From NCBI GenBank assembly GCA_023253495.1, contig JALRGF010000172.1, forward strand, positions 1 to 34,937: DNA of 34,937 bases, written 5' to 3'. A model generated the notes under the pieces. That model worked only from the letters and a program-made list of their open reading frames with translations, was not told the origin of the DNA and ran no database searches. A program made the position numbers and the translations under genes. This DNA comes from Verrucomicrobiales bacterium. GTDB taxonomy: Bacteria; Verrucomicrobiota; Verrucomicrobiia; Verrucomicrobiales; V1-33. Shown one piece after another: positions 34,650 through 34,937 of the stretch (positions are counted from its first letter, which is position 1; the number at the start of each line of letters is the position of its first letter).

Positions 34650-34937
34650 ATGACCGTCCGCCGACACGCCCGCTCCGTCCTGTCGCTGCTGCGCCTTGGC
34701 CTGCGGCTGGCGCTTCTGGTCGGCGGTTTCACCGTCACCACCGCCGCCGCCACCACCACGGTCCCGCCGCGCCCCAAGGTGGCCGCGCCAACAACCAAAA
34801 CGAAACCTGCTCCGGCCGCGGCGGCCGGAGCCCGCGCCCTCAACGCGGATCTGATCATCCGCCGGGACCCGGCGGCAGCGGCCCGCGCCCAGCTGCCCTC
34901 CGTCTACGCGCCCACCCGCCCGCGCACCGGCCTGAAC
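34650..34937 (+). CDS. Hypothetical membrane-anchored or secreted protein, N-terminal part only (runs off window end); not DnaN
   Basis: ATG at 34650 with an open frame to the window end. Hand translation: MTVRRHARSVLSLLRLGLRLALLVGGFTVTTAAATTTVPPRPKVAAPTTKTKPAPAAA... This is a K/R-rich N-region, a hydrophobic helix, then a P/T/A-rich linker. The only support is open-frame length and signal-like architecture. Confidence 0.4.
   Translation, partial: MTVRRHARSVLSLLRLGLRLALLVGGFTVTTAAATTTVPPRPKVAAPTTKTKPAPAAAAGARALNADLIIRRDPAAAARAQLPSVYAPTRPRTGLN

Overview
GC-rich window (roughly two-thirds G+C by eye, not computed). It looks like core chromosome, not an accessory island. The protein families point to the PVC superphylum, probably a Verrucomicrobiota/Opitutales-like organism; this is inference from an ECF sigma of the Rhodopirellula/Verrucomicrobium type, a giant LTD+CotH exoprotein, an NHL propeller, DUF3472/DUF3592 proteins and a PF12831-like FAD oxidoreductase. 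I support about 29 CDS, two of them partial at the window edges. They are tilS, serS, an ECF sigma/anti-sigma pair, a YtrA-like GntR regulator, cysD, an M32 carboxypeptidase, the rpmJ-rpsM-rpsK-rpsD block, a sugar-phosphate isomerase, a 1366-aa LTD/CotH protein, an MFS transporter, cdsA-dxr, a TPR protein, metG, dnaA, and several secreted or membrane hypotheticals. rpmJ is absent from the ORF track and was found by hand. I saw no rRNA, tRNA, CRISPR array, transposase, integrase or recognisable defence or toxin genes, so I cannot honestly point to a novel protein-encoded system. The most unusual signal is non-coding. A 16-nt core, CACAGCGTACCTGTCC (internal inverted repeat ACAG-N5-CTGT), occurs in about 11 same-orientation copies in two intergenic arrays 22 kb apart. 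One array (12.10-12.35 kb) lies between cysD and a DUF3472 gene. The other (34.16-34.47 kb) lies directly downstream of dnaA. The dnaA-proximal array also carries a perfect 22-bp AT-rich palindrome and a tandem AT-rich 23-mer, so it is a candidate replication origin with non-canonical iterated boxes. Many long ORFs in the track are antisense or out-of-frame artefacts of high GC and were rejected. All family calls rest on motif recognition by eye; no searches were run.
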